DNA of 64,000 bases from an uncultured Nitrososphaerota archaeon (GTDB taxonomy: Archaea; Asgardarchaeota; Njordarchaeia; Njordarchaeales; Njordarchaeaceae): NCBI GenBank assembly GCA_964518475.1, contig CAZFGR010000005.1, positions 1 through 64,000 on the forward strand. The letters run 5' to 3'. Position 1 is the stretch's first letter. The number at the start of each line of letters is the position of its first letter. Position numbers and translations under genes: made by a program. Below the pieces are notes generated by a model. That model was not told the DNA's origin and searched no databases. It saw only the letters and a list, made by a program, of their open reading frames with translations. Shown here one piece after another: positions 18,501-27,890 of the stretch.

Positions 18501-19214
18501 GTGATCCTTTTGGAGCTTCCTCAGACAGTGGAAGAATTAGCAAAAAGAATTGATCACACAAATATAAAACCCATCAGTTCTCGCGATGATATTCTTAGAA
18601 CAATAAATGAGGCTATAAAATATGGTTTTAGGGGTGTATGTATTCCCCCTATCTGGGTTCCATTAGCAAAAGAGAAATTGCATGGAAAGGGAATATTAAT
18701 CGTTACTATTGTTGGTTTTCCGTTCGGTTATAATGCTACTGAGATAAAAGTAGCAGAAGCTGAATGGGCAGCTAAGATGGGAGCTAATGAAATCGATATG
18801 GTAATGAATCTATCAGCTTTTAAGAGCAAGGAATACAAAGTTGTAACGAGGGATATTGAAGCTGTCGTGAATGCAGTAAGTCCAAAACCAGTTAAGGTAA
18901 TTATTGAAACGGGTTATCTTTCTTCGGAAGAAATAATGCAAGCGGCAAAAATAGCTGTAGATGCTGGAGCAAGTTTCGTTAAGACATGCACAGGTTTTGG
19001 GCCGCGTGGAGCGAGTATTGAGGATATAAAAATAATTAGAAAAGCTATAGGAGATAGAGCAAAAGTAAAAGCTGCGGGAGGGATTCGTGACGCAGAAACA
19101 GCTCTTATGATGCTGAAGGCTGGTGCTGATGTTATAGGCGCTAGCTCTAGTGTGAAGATTCTGGAGACATTTTCTTCTGAAGTTTTACAAAAGGTTATGA
19201 AATTGGAGCTGTGA
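18501..19214 (+). CDS. deoC: Deoxyribose-phosphate aldolase
   Basis: IDHT, GVCIPP, VGFPFG, GANEIDMV, KVIIET, FVKTCTGF, KAAGGIR, IGASS. Confidence 0.97.
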   Translation: MILLELPQTVEELAKRIDHTNIKPISSRDDILRTINEAIKYGFRGVCIPPIWVPLAKEKLHGKGILIVTIVGFPFGYNATEIKVAEAEWAAKMGANEIDMVMNLSAFKSKEYKVVTRDIEAVVNAVSPKPVKVIIETGYLSSEEIMQAAKIAVDAGASFVKTCTGFGPRGASIEDIKIIRKAIGDRAKVKAAGGIRDAETALMMLKAGADVIGASSSVKILETFSSEVLQKVMKLEL

Positions 19215-19707
19215 CTTTCTTTGTACGTAAAAACTTACTAATCATTGAGAAGAGGGTTGAAACGTTTTCACCCGTTTTTGCAGACGTCTCTAAATAAGCA
19301 ACGACTCTTAGAGGAAGTTGGGATAGAGTATCCTTTAATACATTTTCCTCAAGCCTAGCGTCTAGATCCTTTTTATTTCCCACGATGATTACGGGTACGT
19401 CTCCTAGGTATCTCTGAATGATTTCAGCCCATTTGAATAGATTGAAGAAAGTTTTTGATCTACTTAAATCAAAGACCATGACGATTAGAGAAGCACCAGA
19501 GACTAAATTTTCTATTAAAGCTCTGAATCTTTCTTGGCCACTGAAATCCCAAAGTACAACAATTGTATCATTTAACTTAACATAGCGAAAATCAACACCC
19601 ACAGTAATTTCGTTAGAAGTTTTATTTTCCAAAAATCTTCTTATGAGTGAGGTCTTCCCGACACCCCCATCTCCCAAAAATACAACTTTTTTAATAGCTT
19701 GCAACAT
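19195..19707 (-). CDS. Small Ras-superfamily (Rab-like) GTPase
   Basis: G1 GDGGVGKTS, G2 TVGVDF, G3 WDFSGQERF, G4 GNKKD, G5 ETSAK; no C-terminal Cys lipidation motif. Confidence 0.93.
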   Translation of the reverse strand: MLQAIKKVVFLGDGGVGKTSLIRRFLENKTSNEITVGVDFRYVKLNDTIVVLWDFSGQERFRALIENLVSGASLIVMVFDLSRSKTFFNLFKWAEIIQRYLGDVPVIIVGNKKDLDARLEENVLKDTLSQLPLRVVAYLETSAKTGENVSTLFSMISKFLRTKKVTAPIS

Positions 19708-19711
19708 AATG

Positions 19712-20116
19712 TCACCTACTAATAGAAGTGACTAATTTGTGAATCTTATCTATTAGCATGAAGAGGTCTCGGAGAATTACACCGAGTGGGGTCTCCTCAC
19801 TAGCTCTTACAAGAACATTATAGGAATGATTTACCGCGATCACAATTATTTTATCATTTACATAGTGGGCAACAATTTTCTTTAAACCGCCAGATCCTGC
19901 TACATTACCAGCTTTTTCAGCAACATTATGAAGTGTGGCAGCGATTGCTGCAAGCAATGCTGTTGATCTGGGATCCGAGGTTGATGATACGAGGGGAGTA
20001 CCATCGAAACTACTAATTACAATAGCTTTTATCCCCTTATTCACAAACAACAACTTTTTCAGTATATTCTGAACCTGTGATAGATTTGCTAAATAAGCGT
20101 CTCTGATAGCGCTCAT
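19712..20116 (-). CDS. Roadblock/LC7 (MglB/LAMTOR-like) domain protein
   Basis: GIKAIVISSFDGTPLVSS...LAAIAATL..AEKA..GLKKIVAHYVNDKIIVIAV..LVRA..TPLGVILRD; 4 nt upstream of the GTPase gene. Confidence 0.88.
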   Translation of the reverse strand: MSAIRDAYLANLSQVQNILKKLLFVNKGIKAIVISSFDGTPLVSSTSDPRSTALLAAIAATLHNVAEKAGNVAGSGGLKKIVAHYVNDKIIVIAVNHSYNVLVRASEETPLGVILRDLFMLIDKIHKLVTSISR

Positions 20117-20242
20117 TCGAAAGACACCCAAGAAGATATCTCAAAAAGGTAGTTCAGTAAAGTATATTACGAGTCAAATAATAAGCGGAGAATAGAGAAA
20201 CAAGAATGAAGAATTCAATCAAATTTTATGGGAAGAAAAAAA

Positions 20243-22174
20243 TCACTTTGAAGTATTTTCACCTAAGATTTCCTTTCGCAGTCTTTCTAGGAGTTCCTCA
20301 ATGGTCATGTCACCAAGAATCCCCACCTTTCTTCTCCTAACATTTATGGTGCCTTTACTCATTTCGCGTTGACCTACAACGATGATATAGGGAATTTTAT
20401 TTAATTCTGCGTTACGAATCTTTTTTGAAACGGTCTCATGCGAAGTATCTAGGAGGACTCTTATTCCGGCTTTTCGTAGTTTTTCACAAATCTTTTGAGC
20501 ATATGGCAAGATTTTATCACTCACGGGGATAATAATTGACTGTACTGGGGCAATCCAGAGGGGGAAATCACCGCCATAATGTTCTATAAGTATTCCCAAG
20601 AATCTCTCAAGGGAACCTAGCAATGCTCGATGTATCATAACCACGTATTCTTCTTTATTGTCGGGCGTAACATAGGTTGCTCCAAATCTTCTCGGAAGAT
20701 TAAAGTCTAGTTGAATAGTTGTACACTGCCACTTCCTACCTAAAGCATCTGTGATTTTTATATCTATTTTTGGGCCATAAAATGCGGCTTCGCCAGACAT
20801 AACCCTGTAATCTATTCCCTCCTTCTCAAGCGCCCTCGCTAGTGCTTCCTCAGCGATATCCCAGACAGCTGGCGAACCCATGTATTTATCCGGTTTTGAT
20901 GGATCACGTGTAGAGAGTTCTGCTTCGAGTTCTGTTATACCGAATCGCATCATGATTTTTCTAGTGAGCTTAAGAAGGTTAATTAATTCATCCTCTATCT
21001 GTTCAGGAGTACAGAATATGTGAGCATCGTCCTGAGTAAAGCCTCGAACCCTCAAAATTCCATGCAATACACCAGATCTCTCAAATCGATACACAGTGCC
21101 GAGTTCGAAGTATCTTATTGGGAGCTCCCTATAACTCCGCTTCTTTCGCTTATAAACCAAGATATGAATTGGACAATTCATCGGTTTTACAGCGTATAAC
21201 TCATTATCAACATTAAAGAGAAACATATTTTCTCGATAGTATTTCAAGTGACCAGAGATCTCATAGAGCATTCCTCTCGCTATATGAGGAGTATAAAGTA
21301 TCTGATAGCCATTTTCTAGATGAATATCTATTAAATAGTTCTCAACGATTCTACGAATCAGAGCCCCCCTAGGCAGCCAGACAACTAATCCAGGTCCTAC
21401 TTCCTCAAAGAAATCGAATAGATCGAGTTGAGGGCCGAGTTTCCGATGATCTCTTCTTCTCGCTTCTTCTAGCAAATTAAGATATTCTCTTAACATTTTT
21501 TTCTCTGGAAACGATATTCCGTATATACGTTGCATTACGGGGTTTCCTTCAATACCTTTCCAATACGCGGCAGATACGTTTAACAATTTGAAATACTTTA
21601 TCACACCAGTAGATGGTACGTGAGGACCCCTGCACAGATCAACGAAATCTCTAATCCAATATACAGATACTAGGTCTTCAGAAATATCATTCAATAACTC
21701 TACTTTGAATTTCTCTCCTCTCTCCGAAAATATCTTAATGGCCTCTTCTCTGGAGATTACTTCCCGTCGAAATGGGATATCTTGCTTAATGATTTCCCGC
21801 ATTTTAGCCTCTATTTTTTCCAAATCCTCTTCAGTGAAAGAATAGTTATTGGTGAAGAACTCGTAGAAGAAACCCTTGTTTAAGCCTTGTTCAAATGGGT
21901 GTCCAATCCCTAGCATGAAGTCTGGATAAAGTTCCTTAACAGCGTATGCTAGAATATGCGCTGTTGAGTGCCAATAAACGAAACGAGCTTCTGGCGAATC
22001 AAAACCAAGAATCTCTATCTTAGAGGGCTCTCTAATAACCTCTGCGAGATCCACTAGTTTCCCATTAACCTTAGCTACGATACCAGAGCCTCTAGGAATA
22101 ATGTCGACGATCCTTTTCCCTATCTCTCCCTCAAGAATTTCTCCGTTAGGAAGCAATATCTGAGCATGACTCAT
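20243..22174 (-). CDS. thrS: Threonine--tRNA ligase, bacterial/eukaryotic type (TGS + N2 editing domain)
   Basis: TGS (AKVNGKLVDL), WHSTAH, DLCRGPHVP, RDHRKLG, KPMNCP.H, RVRGFTQDDAHIFC, AFYGPKID, IHRALLGSLERF. Confidence 0.98.
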   Translation of the reverse strand: MSHAQILLPNGEILEGEIGKRIVDIIPRGSGIVAKVNGKLVDLAEVIREPSKIEILGFDSPEARFVYWHSTAHILAYAVKELYPDFMLGIGHPFEQGLNKGFFYEFFTNNYSFTEEDLEKIEAKMREIIKQDIPFRREVISREEAIKIFSERGEKFKVELLNDISEDLVSVYWIRDFVDLCRGPHVPSTGVIKYFKLLNVSAAYWKGIEGNPVMQRIYGISFPEKKMLREYLNLLEEARRRDHRKLGPQLDLFDFFEEVGPGLVVWLPRGALIRRIVENYLIDIHLENGYQILYTPHIARGMLYEISGHLKYYRENMFLFNVDNELYAVKPMNCPIHILVYKRKKRSYRELPIRYFELGTVYRFERSGVLHGILRVRGFTQDDAHIFCTPEQIEDELINLLKLTRKIMMRFGITELEAELSTRDPSKPDKYMGSPAVWDIAEEALARALEKEGIDYRVMSGEAAFYGPKIDIKITDALGRKWQCTTIQLDFNLPRRFGATYVTPDNKEEYVVMIHRALLGSLERFLGILIEHYGGDFPLWIAPVQSIIIPVSDKILPYAQKICEKLRKAGIRVLLDTSHETVSKKIRNAELNKIPYIIVVGQREMSKGTINVRRRKVGILGDMTIEELLERLRKEILGENTSK

Positions 22175-22246
22175 TATTCCTTCTCCTCAAACTTTTGGTG
22201 ACCAAACTCCTTACTTAACTAGGGGAGTCTCAATAATAAATCTTTA

Positions 22247-22738
22247 TTACTTGGGCGAAGAGCTCTTTTCCATCATGTCTCGTAATATTTTCTCCTCAAC
22301 AAGCTTGTTAAGAGCTGACAATACTTTTAGATAATTTTTCTTAACGTCCCATCCTGAGTGATTTAAATTTAGCTCATTTAATCTCAATAAATATACCTTC
22401 TCGTCACTAACAATCGCTAAGAAGACATTCTTTCCTTCCTTAATACCTTTAATTAACCTACTTAATTGGGCTAGACTGAGAGTGGACGTACCAGGAGCCA
22501 AACCCCGTAAATCCTTAACCTCAACCCATATATCTCCGTCACTACTTACGAGGTCGGGAGTCTCGAAGAAATTTGTGCGAAGAAATCTTTTTCTGAAGAA
22601 TTTTTCACAGAAATCGAGTGCTCTGATTTCAGATATTATAAAAGGATTGTTCCTGATTAGAGAAAAAATGTAACGTTTCAAGGATTCTTTGGACACTCCT
22701 ATCCTTCTGCTTAGACGTTCAAGATCATCAAAAGACAT
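22247..22738 (-). CDS. PD-(D/E)xK nuclease-fold protein
   Basis: SE..A helix, then TPDLV..DIWVEVK, S..Q; 2 nt after the lysS stop. Confidence 0.6.
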   Translation of the reverse strand: MSFDDLERLSRRIGVSKESLKRYIFSLIRNNPFIISEIRALDFCEKFFRKRFLRTNFFETPDLVSSDGDIWVEVKDLRGLAPGTSTLSLAQLSRLIKGIKEGKNVFLAIVSDEKVYLLRLNELNLNHSGWDVKKNYLKVLSALNKLVEEKILRDMMEKSSSPK

Positions 22739-22740
22739 TT

Positions 22741-24465
22741 CTATGGAACCTCTTTCCTGAGTATTTCTAGAACCTTATTCAAGTATTCCCTAATCTCTTT
22801 TCTCCGAAATAGTCGGACAACGGGGGGTCCTTCACGCTCATTAAGACTTACCATATATATGGCCTCATAGATTTGCTTAGTAGGAATAGATAACTGTTGG
22901 GCAACATCTTTCACAATAGGTCTGATCCTTTCCATTGATATCTCAGAATCTTCCAGTTGCAGTGCCTTCTCCAAGACCAATTTTAGGGCTTTTCTTTGCT
23001 CATAGCTTATTTCTGATAATGCTTCATTGGGATCTGGTAGAGCAAAAGCGAGAAATGATTGCACCCAATTATGAGCCATTTCAAGCCGTTTCTTAGCATC
23101 TTCGATTATTTGTTTATCGGCATTAGGGGGTATCTTTTTCATTCTTATAAGCATGTTTAGACCATCTTCTATATTCTCCATCCATAATGCTACCTTAACG
23201 CATAGGCTATAAGGAATCCTCAAAGGAGGTGTCTCAGGAAGCTTTTCGATATCAACCTGGGATAGCAAGTATGTAACAAGGGCTCTCTCCTTATCTGCCC
23301 CAGCCAAATCTTTAGCTCTTCCGTAAATGATATCATAGAATAGTTTTTCGTGAGCATCGTATGCATCAACATACGATGGAATATCCAGTGGAGAGAAATC
23401 TATGTGCTTAAGGCTCTCTCTCCTTATATCTGCTACTTGACGACGAATGATGATATACTTCAATACTTCTGGTGGAGCATACCTTAACCATTCATCTACC
23501 CCAAATCCAATTCCTCTTCGCTTAGAAAATTTGAGCTTAGTACTTCTTGTCTTATCCTCTGGAGGAATCCAGTATAGGAAGTCATAGAAAACATTAATAG
23601 GCGGTTCGCGATTAAACATTCGGCGCAACAAAGCTGCTCCAGTATCGAAGCTGCTTCCACTAGCCATCAAATCCTTACCCATTGGCTCAAAATGAACATT
23701 AAATAGTAGCCACCTTAATGGCCAATCTACTCTGAATGGCGGTTTTCCCTGCGCCTTAGTAACATCTGCTATCCCTTCATGGCCGCAATAATTACATTTA
23801 TAGGAGACATAACGTCCGTCCTCCGAGACACTCAAAGCTACAACGTTTTCATCCATTCTTCCGCAATTTTCGCACTTCGGTCTATATGGAATCCAACCCG
23901 GAGGATGCAGGTTCTTATGACCCGCTTTACTTCGTACATCATTGAAAATTTCCCTAACTCTTTCTCTTTCTCTTAGAATAAGCATTAGCAACTCAATATA
24001 TCTCGGGTTTGTGTGAATTTGCTTAGCATAAATAAACTCTATCTTTATACCATAGTCCTTTATGCTTCTAGCAACTGGATCGACAAAGTGCTCCGCATAA
24101 TTTCCATGACAGCCCCAAGGATCCTCGATCTCATCAAACGGGATACCTTTCAGCTCGTTTTCCTTTGCTTTAAAATCTTCTGGAGCAAATACTGGGGCCT
24201 GCCTAAAGGGATCCCGAGAATCTATAGCCACAATGGCCCTACTTCTGTACCCCCACCACTCAAGAACTTGAGTAATAGCATAGGTTATGCAGAAATCATT
24301 AAAATTCCCTAAATGAATTTTCCCCGAGGGAGTAAAGCCAGCTTCACTAACGTATACTTCTTGATTCGGGAAAGTTTCTAGAACAGTTAATGCCGCCTTA
24401 TGAACGAAATGGGCAGGCATTTTCTTCCGTATAACTTCTTTGATAATCTGCTTAAAATCCTTCAT
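22741..24465 (-). CDS. lysS: Lysine--tRNA ligase, class I
   Basis: GFTPSGKIHLGN, DSRDPFR, DPWGCH, PYRPKCENCGR, CNYCGH, RVDWPLRW, FEPMGKD, KFSKRRG, GPPV. Confidence 0.96.
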   Translation of the reverse strand: MKDFKQIIKEVIRKKMPAHFVHKAALTVLETFPNQEVYVSEAGFTPSGKIHLGNFNDFCITYAITQVLEWWGYRSRAIVAIDSRDPFRQAPVFAPEDFKAKENELKGIPFDEIEDPWGCHGNYAEHFVDPVARSIKDYGIKIEFIYAKQIHTNPRYIELLMLILRERERVREIFNDVRSKAGHKNLHPPGWIPYRPKCENCGRMDENVVALSVSEDGRYVSYKCNYCGHEGIADVTKAQGKPPFRVDWPLRWLLFNVHFEPMGKDLMASGSSFDTGAALLRRMFNREPPINVFYDFLYWIPPEDKTRSTKLKFSKRRGIGFGVDEWLRYAPPEVLKYIIIRRQVADIRRESLKHIDFSPLDIPSYVDAYDAHEKLFYDIIYGRAKDLAGADKERALVTYLLSQVDIEKLPETPPLRIPYSLCVKVALWMENIEDGLNMLIRMKKIPPNADKQIIEDAKKRLEMAHNWVQSFLAFALPDPNEALSEISYEQRKALKLVLEKALQLEDSEISMERIRPIVKDVAQQLSIPTKQIYEAIYMVSLNEREGPPVVRLFRRKEIREYLNKVLEILRKEVP

Positions 24466-24924
24466 TGTCGTTCACCAATATTTTCGACTCTAAAAGAGCC
24501 CTCAGCGGATATTACTACCTCCCGAATACTTCATCTCTCACCATAACAATGGATTTCTTGAACGAGATCCTGTTAATGTTTTAATTCGTCCCAATTATTA
24601 TTTTTTAATGCTTATGATCGCTTCTAAACCAAATTAATACTAGCCTCATTGAATAAAAATAATTGAAGAACTTTGAACATTTCAGCATAGAATACAATAA
24701 TTTAAAGTAGAAATAAAAAACATGATAAAATAATTAAAACTTTTTGATTTTCCAAGACATGAAAAGAAAAAATAAAACTCTTAACCTCCGAAAGCTTTCT
24801 AAAAAGAATTTTAACTGATATTGAACCAGAGATACTAAATCTATCAGCTTTTAGTATACTTTTTGATAAAATAGGATAAGGCTCATATTGCATAATCAAA
24901 TGCTATAAGCTAGGAAGTCTTTGG

Positions 24925-25353
24925 GTGTGTTTGATGCCCCGTATAAGAATTACTTTCTATGCCGAAGCTCTAATTCCTTGGAATATTGCGAAGAAACTTA
25001 AGAGCGAGGAAATCAACAAGATGGCTTTAGAATTCCGTAACATAATATTTAGGCATGGTCTTGTGGAAAAATGCTTGAACAAATTAAGAAAGCTAGGACT
25101 TGTTGGAGAATGGTTAAGGGAACTATGGTTTTTTGAACTGTCAGAAGAGCGATTAGACAGTGCCTACGGCGTATCCAAAGAGAAAAAGGGCTTAAACGTG
25201 TGGTTTTTCCAATGGGTCTATGCAGCCGCACCAACAGAAGTAATCGATATGGAGGATAAAATAAAACGAGAAACTACCATAAGAGAAAAAATAAGAATCA
25301 ATAATTTAGAAATGCTTGTTGAGAGCTATATAACGGTAGCAGAGGAGGATTAA
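24925..25353 (+). CDS. Hypothetical protein
   Basis: 142-aa ORF (start probably ATG 24934), 11 nt upstream of the protease gene. Confidence 0.6.
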   Translation: MCLMPRIRITFYAEALIPWNIAKKLKSEEINKMALEFRNIIFRHGLVEKCLNKLRKLGLVGEWLRELWFFELSEERLDSAYGVSKEKKGLNVWFFQWVYAAAPTEVIDMEDKIKRETTIREKIRINNLEMLVESYITVAEED

Positions 25354-25364
25354 AAGAGGAGGAA

Positions 25365-27878
25365 ATGCTTTTGAGAAAGAAATTATACAGCCTCTTCTTA
25401 ATCCTACTAATTTGTTTAACAACATGTAGCAATACTCCTCTTCAACAAAATACTGTTAATAAAGCTCCAAAATTTAAAGGAAAAAACGTTGATGTTTTGA
25501 TTTGGTTAAGAATTCCCTTGAATATTGCAGAGATTATAGAGATTAAGAAGTACTATTATTCACGTATCCACGAAGCGAACTCTCTCGCAACAATAGATAT
25601 GTTGCTAGATAGTATGCGAAAGACAATCTATGAAGAGATAGTAACGACAACAAAACCTTACATAGAGAAATTCGTAATGGATCTTTCTAAAAAAGGAATC
25701 AAAGTACTCGACACAGTTTATATTCTTCCACTGCTTCACGCCATAGTACCCGAAGACGCTATACCTTGGTTACAAAAACAGCCATTAGTTCTATCAGTTT
25801 TCAAGAATTTTAAAGTACGCATTATGCTGGATGTAGCAACCAAGGCTATAAACGCTACAACATGGTGGATAAACGGTTATAACGGCTCTAACTTCTTCAA
25901 CGACAACATTACGGGAGTAGAAGTAGCGGTTCTGGATACAGGAATACAAATGGATCACCCATATCTAAGAGATAGGATAATAGACGCGAAGAGCTTTGTT
26001 AGAGATGAGCAAGATCCAAACGACGAACATGGCCATGGTACACATGTTGCGGGAATTATAGCTAGCACTCATGGTGTCTATAAGGGGGTAGCGCATGGAG
26101 CTAACATTATTAATGCTAAATGTCTCGATAGTCGAGGAGAGGGGGTAGGAGCAGACGTAATAAAGGCCTTGGAATGGGCGGTGACGGGAGCAACAGATAC
26201 TGCTGAGATAATAAACATGAGTTTTGGCAGTCTTGGCGTACCAGATGGGGAGGATTCCTTCACTCGTTATATCGATGCTATCGCGGATCTGTATGATGTA
26301 GCCATAGTAGTAGCGGCTGGTAATAAGGACTATGAGAACAATGTATTTACAATAAATCTTCCGGGCGATGGTTATAATGTCATCACCGTTGGAGCGGTAA
26401 ATGATCGAAACACTGTGAGTAGAAATGATGATATAATAGCTGACTTTAGTTGCGAGGGGCCTACAAATGATAGTAGAGTAAAACCCGATGTAGTTGCGCC
26501 TGGTGTTGATATCTCCTCGACATACATAGGGTCAACATTATTTATAAGCTGGAGCGGAACCAGCATGGCTACCCCTATGGTAGCCGGTGCTATAGCCTTA
26601 ATGGCTCCTTACCTAATCCCGAGATTTGGGGACGAATGGGTATTAGCAGCTAAAGCTCTTTTGATAAACTCGGCTGATGATTGGGCGGCTCCGGGACCGG
26701 ATGGTAGAGCTGGTTGGGGTTACATCAATCTACTAAATGCTTGGAAACAGAAGGCTTATGTTTTAACGTCAGCAATTTCTCAGAATTCTCCTGTCGATTT
26801 CTCCGTGTATGCTGAAGAAAATGAAACCGTGAAAATTACCATTGTATGGAACCGACGAGTATTAGGAGAGTCTGCGACGGGATATATCTTTTATAATGTG
26901 AGCAGATTAAAAGTTCAATTATTAGATTCTGCAGAGAAAGTGATTCGGGAAACAAATATTACTCGTGACAATGTTAGACAGCTCAAATTCCTGGTCAATA
27001 AATCTGGTTATTATTTAATCCGAGTAGTAGCTGATTACATAGATCCTAGGTTAGGTAGTGATGTTTTCGCTATAGCGTCGACTTCTGAGATAATTCTAGG
27101 AAATATTAGGGTTGGTTTGACGCTTAATGCAGAAGCGAAGAAAAAGGAAATATACGATTCAGAGACATTAAAGCTTGAAGCGAGCGTCACAAATATATCA
27201 AATAGTACGATCTCTGGGATTCGACTCAATGTTACAACAAATGATATCCTTGAGAGTATGAATTCCACAACAATTATGGTAGGAGATTTAGCGCCTAACG
27301 AAACAGTAAGCTTAAACCTTGTTTTAAAACCAGTGGATTTAGGAGAAGGAGCTGTGGCACTACTTGCTTATTACCCACGAGATTCTTACATTATCAGAAG
27401 TGGTCAAGTCACAATTAGTGGGATAAAAATAATTGATGATGATCCTGATTCTCCACTCATAACTATACTGCGTGTGGAGAAACTAACAGGTGTTCTCCCT
27501 AAAATAAAGGTGGTTGCTAAAGTGGAGGATCCGAGCGGAGTATTCTACGTGGCATTACTCTTTGGTGTCAATAGAGAGATTACCGAAGATGATTATAATG
27601 GGAAACTCTTCATGAAGAAAACTAGTGAGCCCAATACTTATGAAATAGAAATGCTACTAAATCCAGCATGGATCGGTTCTAAAATAGCTATAAGAATCCT
27701 TGCATTTGATAACGATGCTGACCGACCAAATGATTCATCTTTTGGCATTTCAGAAACGATATGGGTAAGCGTATCAGTAAATGACTTCATATACCTCTTC
27801 GGAACGATAATAGTTATAATAGCGATCCTAATCGTTATTTTAATAAAGGGTGGTAAAGAAAAAGTTCAGAAAATCTAA
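25365..27878 (+). CDS. Membrane-anchored subtilisin-like (S8) serine protease
   Basis: Signal peptide; triad VAVLDTG, HGTHVAG, SGTSMATP; AAGN; KPDVVAPG; Ig/CARDB-like C-terminal domains and a C-terminal TM helix. Confidence 0.95.
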   Translation: MLLRKKLYSLFLILLICLTTCSNTPLQQNTVNKAPKFKGKNVDVLIWLRIPLNIAEIIEIKKYYYSRIHEANSLATIDMLLDSMRKTIYEEIVTTTKPYIEKFVMDLSKKGIKVLDTVYILPLLHAIVPEDAIPWLQKQPLVLSVFKNFKVRIMLDVATKAINATTWWINGYNGSNFFNDNITGVEVAVLDTGIQMDHPYLRDRIIDAKSFVRDEQDPNDEHGHGTHVAGIIASTHGVYKGVAHGANIINAKCLDSRGEGVGADVIKALEWAVTGATDTAEIINMSFGSLGVPDGEDSFTRYIDAIADLYDVAIVVAAGNKDYENNVFTINLPGDGYNVITVGAVNDRNTVSRNDDIIADFSCEGPTNDSRVKPDVVAPGVDISSTYIGSTLFISWSGTSMATPMVAGAIALMAPYLIPRFGDEWVLAAKALLINSADDWAAPGPDGRAGWGYINLLNAWKQKAYVLTSAISQNSPVDFSVYAEENETVKITIVWNRRVLGESATGYIFYNVSRLKVQLLDSAEKVIRETNITRDNVRQLKFLVNKSGYYLIRVVADYIDPRLGSDVFAIASTSEIILGNIRVGLTLNAEAKKKEIYDSETLKLEASVTNISNSTISGIRLNVTTNDILESMNSTTIMVGDLAPNETVSLNLVLKPVDLGEGAVALLAYYPRDSYIIRSGQVTISGIKIIDDDPDSPLITILRVEKLTGVLPKIKVVAKVEDPSGVFYVALLFGVNREITEDDYNGKLFMKKTSEPNTYEIEMLLNPAWIGSKIAIRILAFDNDADRPNDSSFGISETIWVSVSVNDFIYLFGTIIVIIAILIVILIKGGKEKVQKI

Positions 27879-27890
27879 AAACCACCGTAT

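Noticed and set aside
24480-24545. Possible sRNA or leader upstream of lysS (minus strand ATGGTGA...CTGA, small hairpin)
   Set aside because: Boxes are degenerate and there is no internal D'/C' pair.
24545-24920. AT-rich region as a replication origin; 65-aa ORF 24702-24899
   Set aside because: No repeated ORB-like elements or adjacent cdc6/orc1; the ORF is low-complexity with no homology cues.
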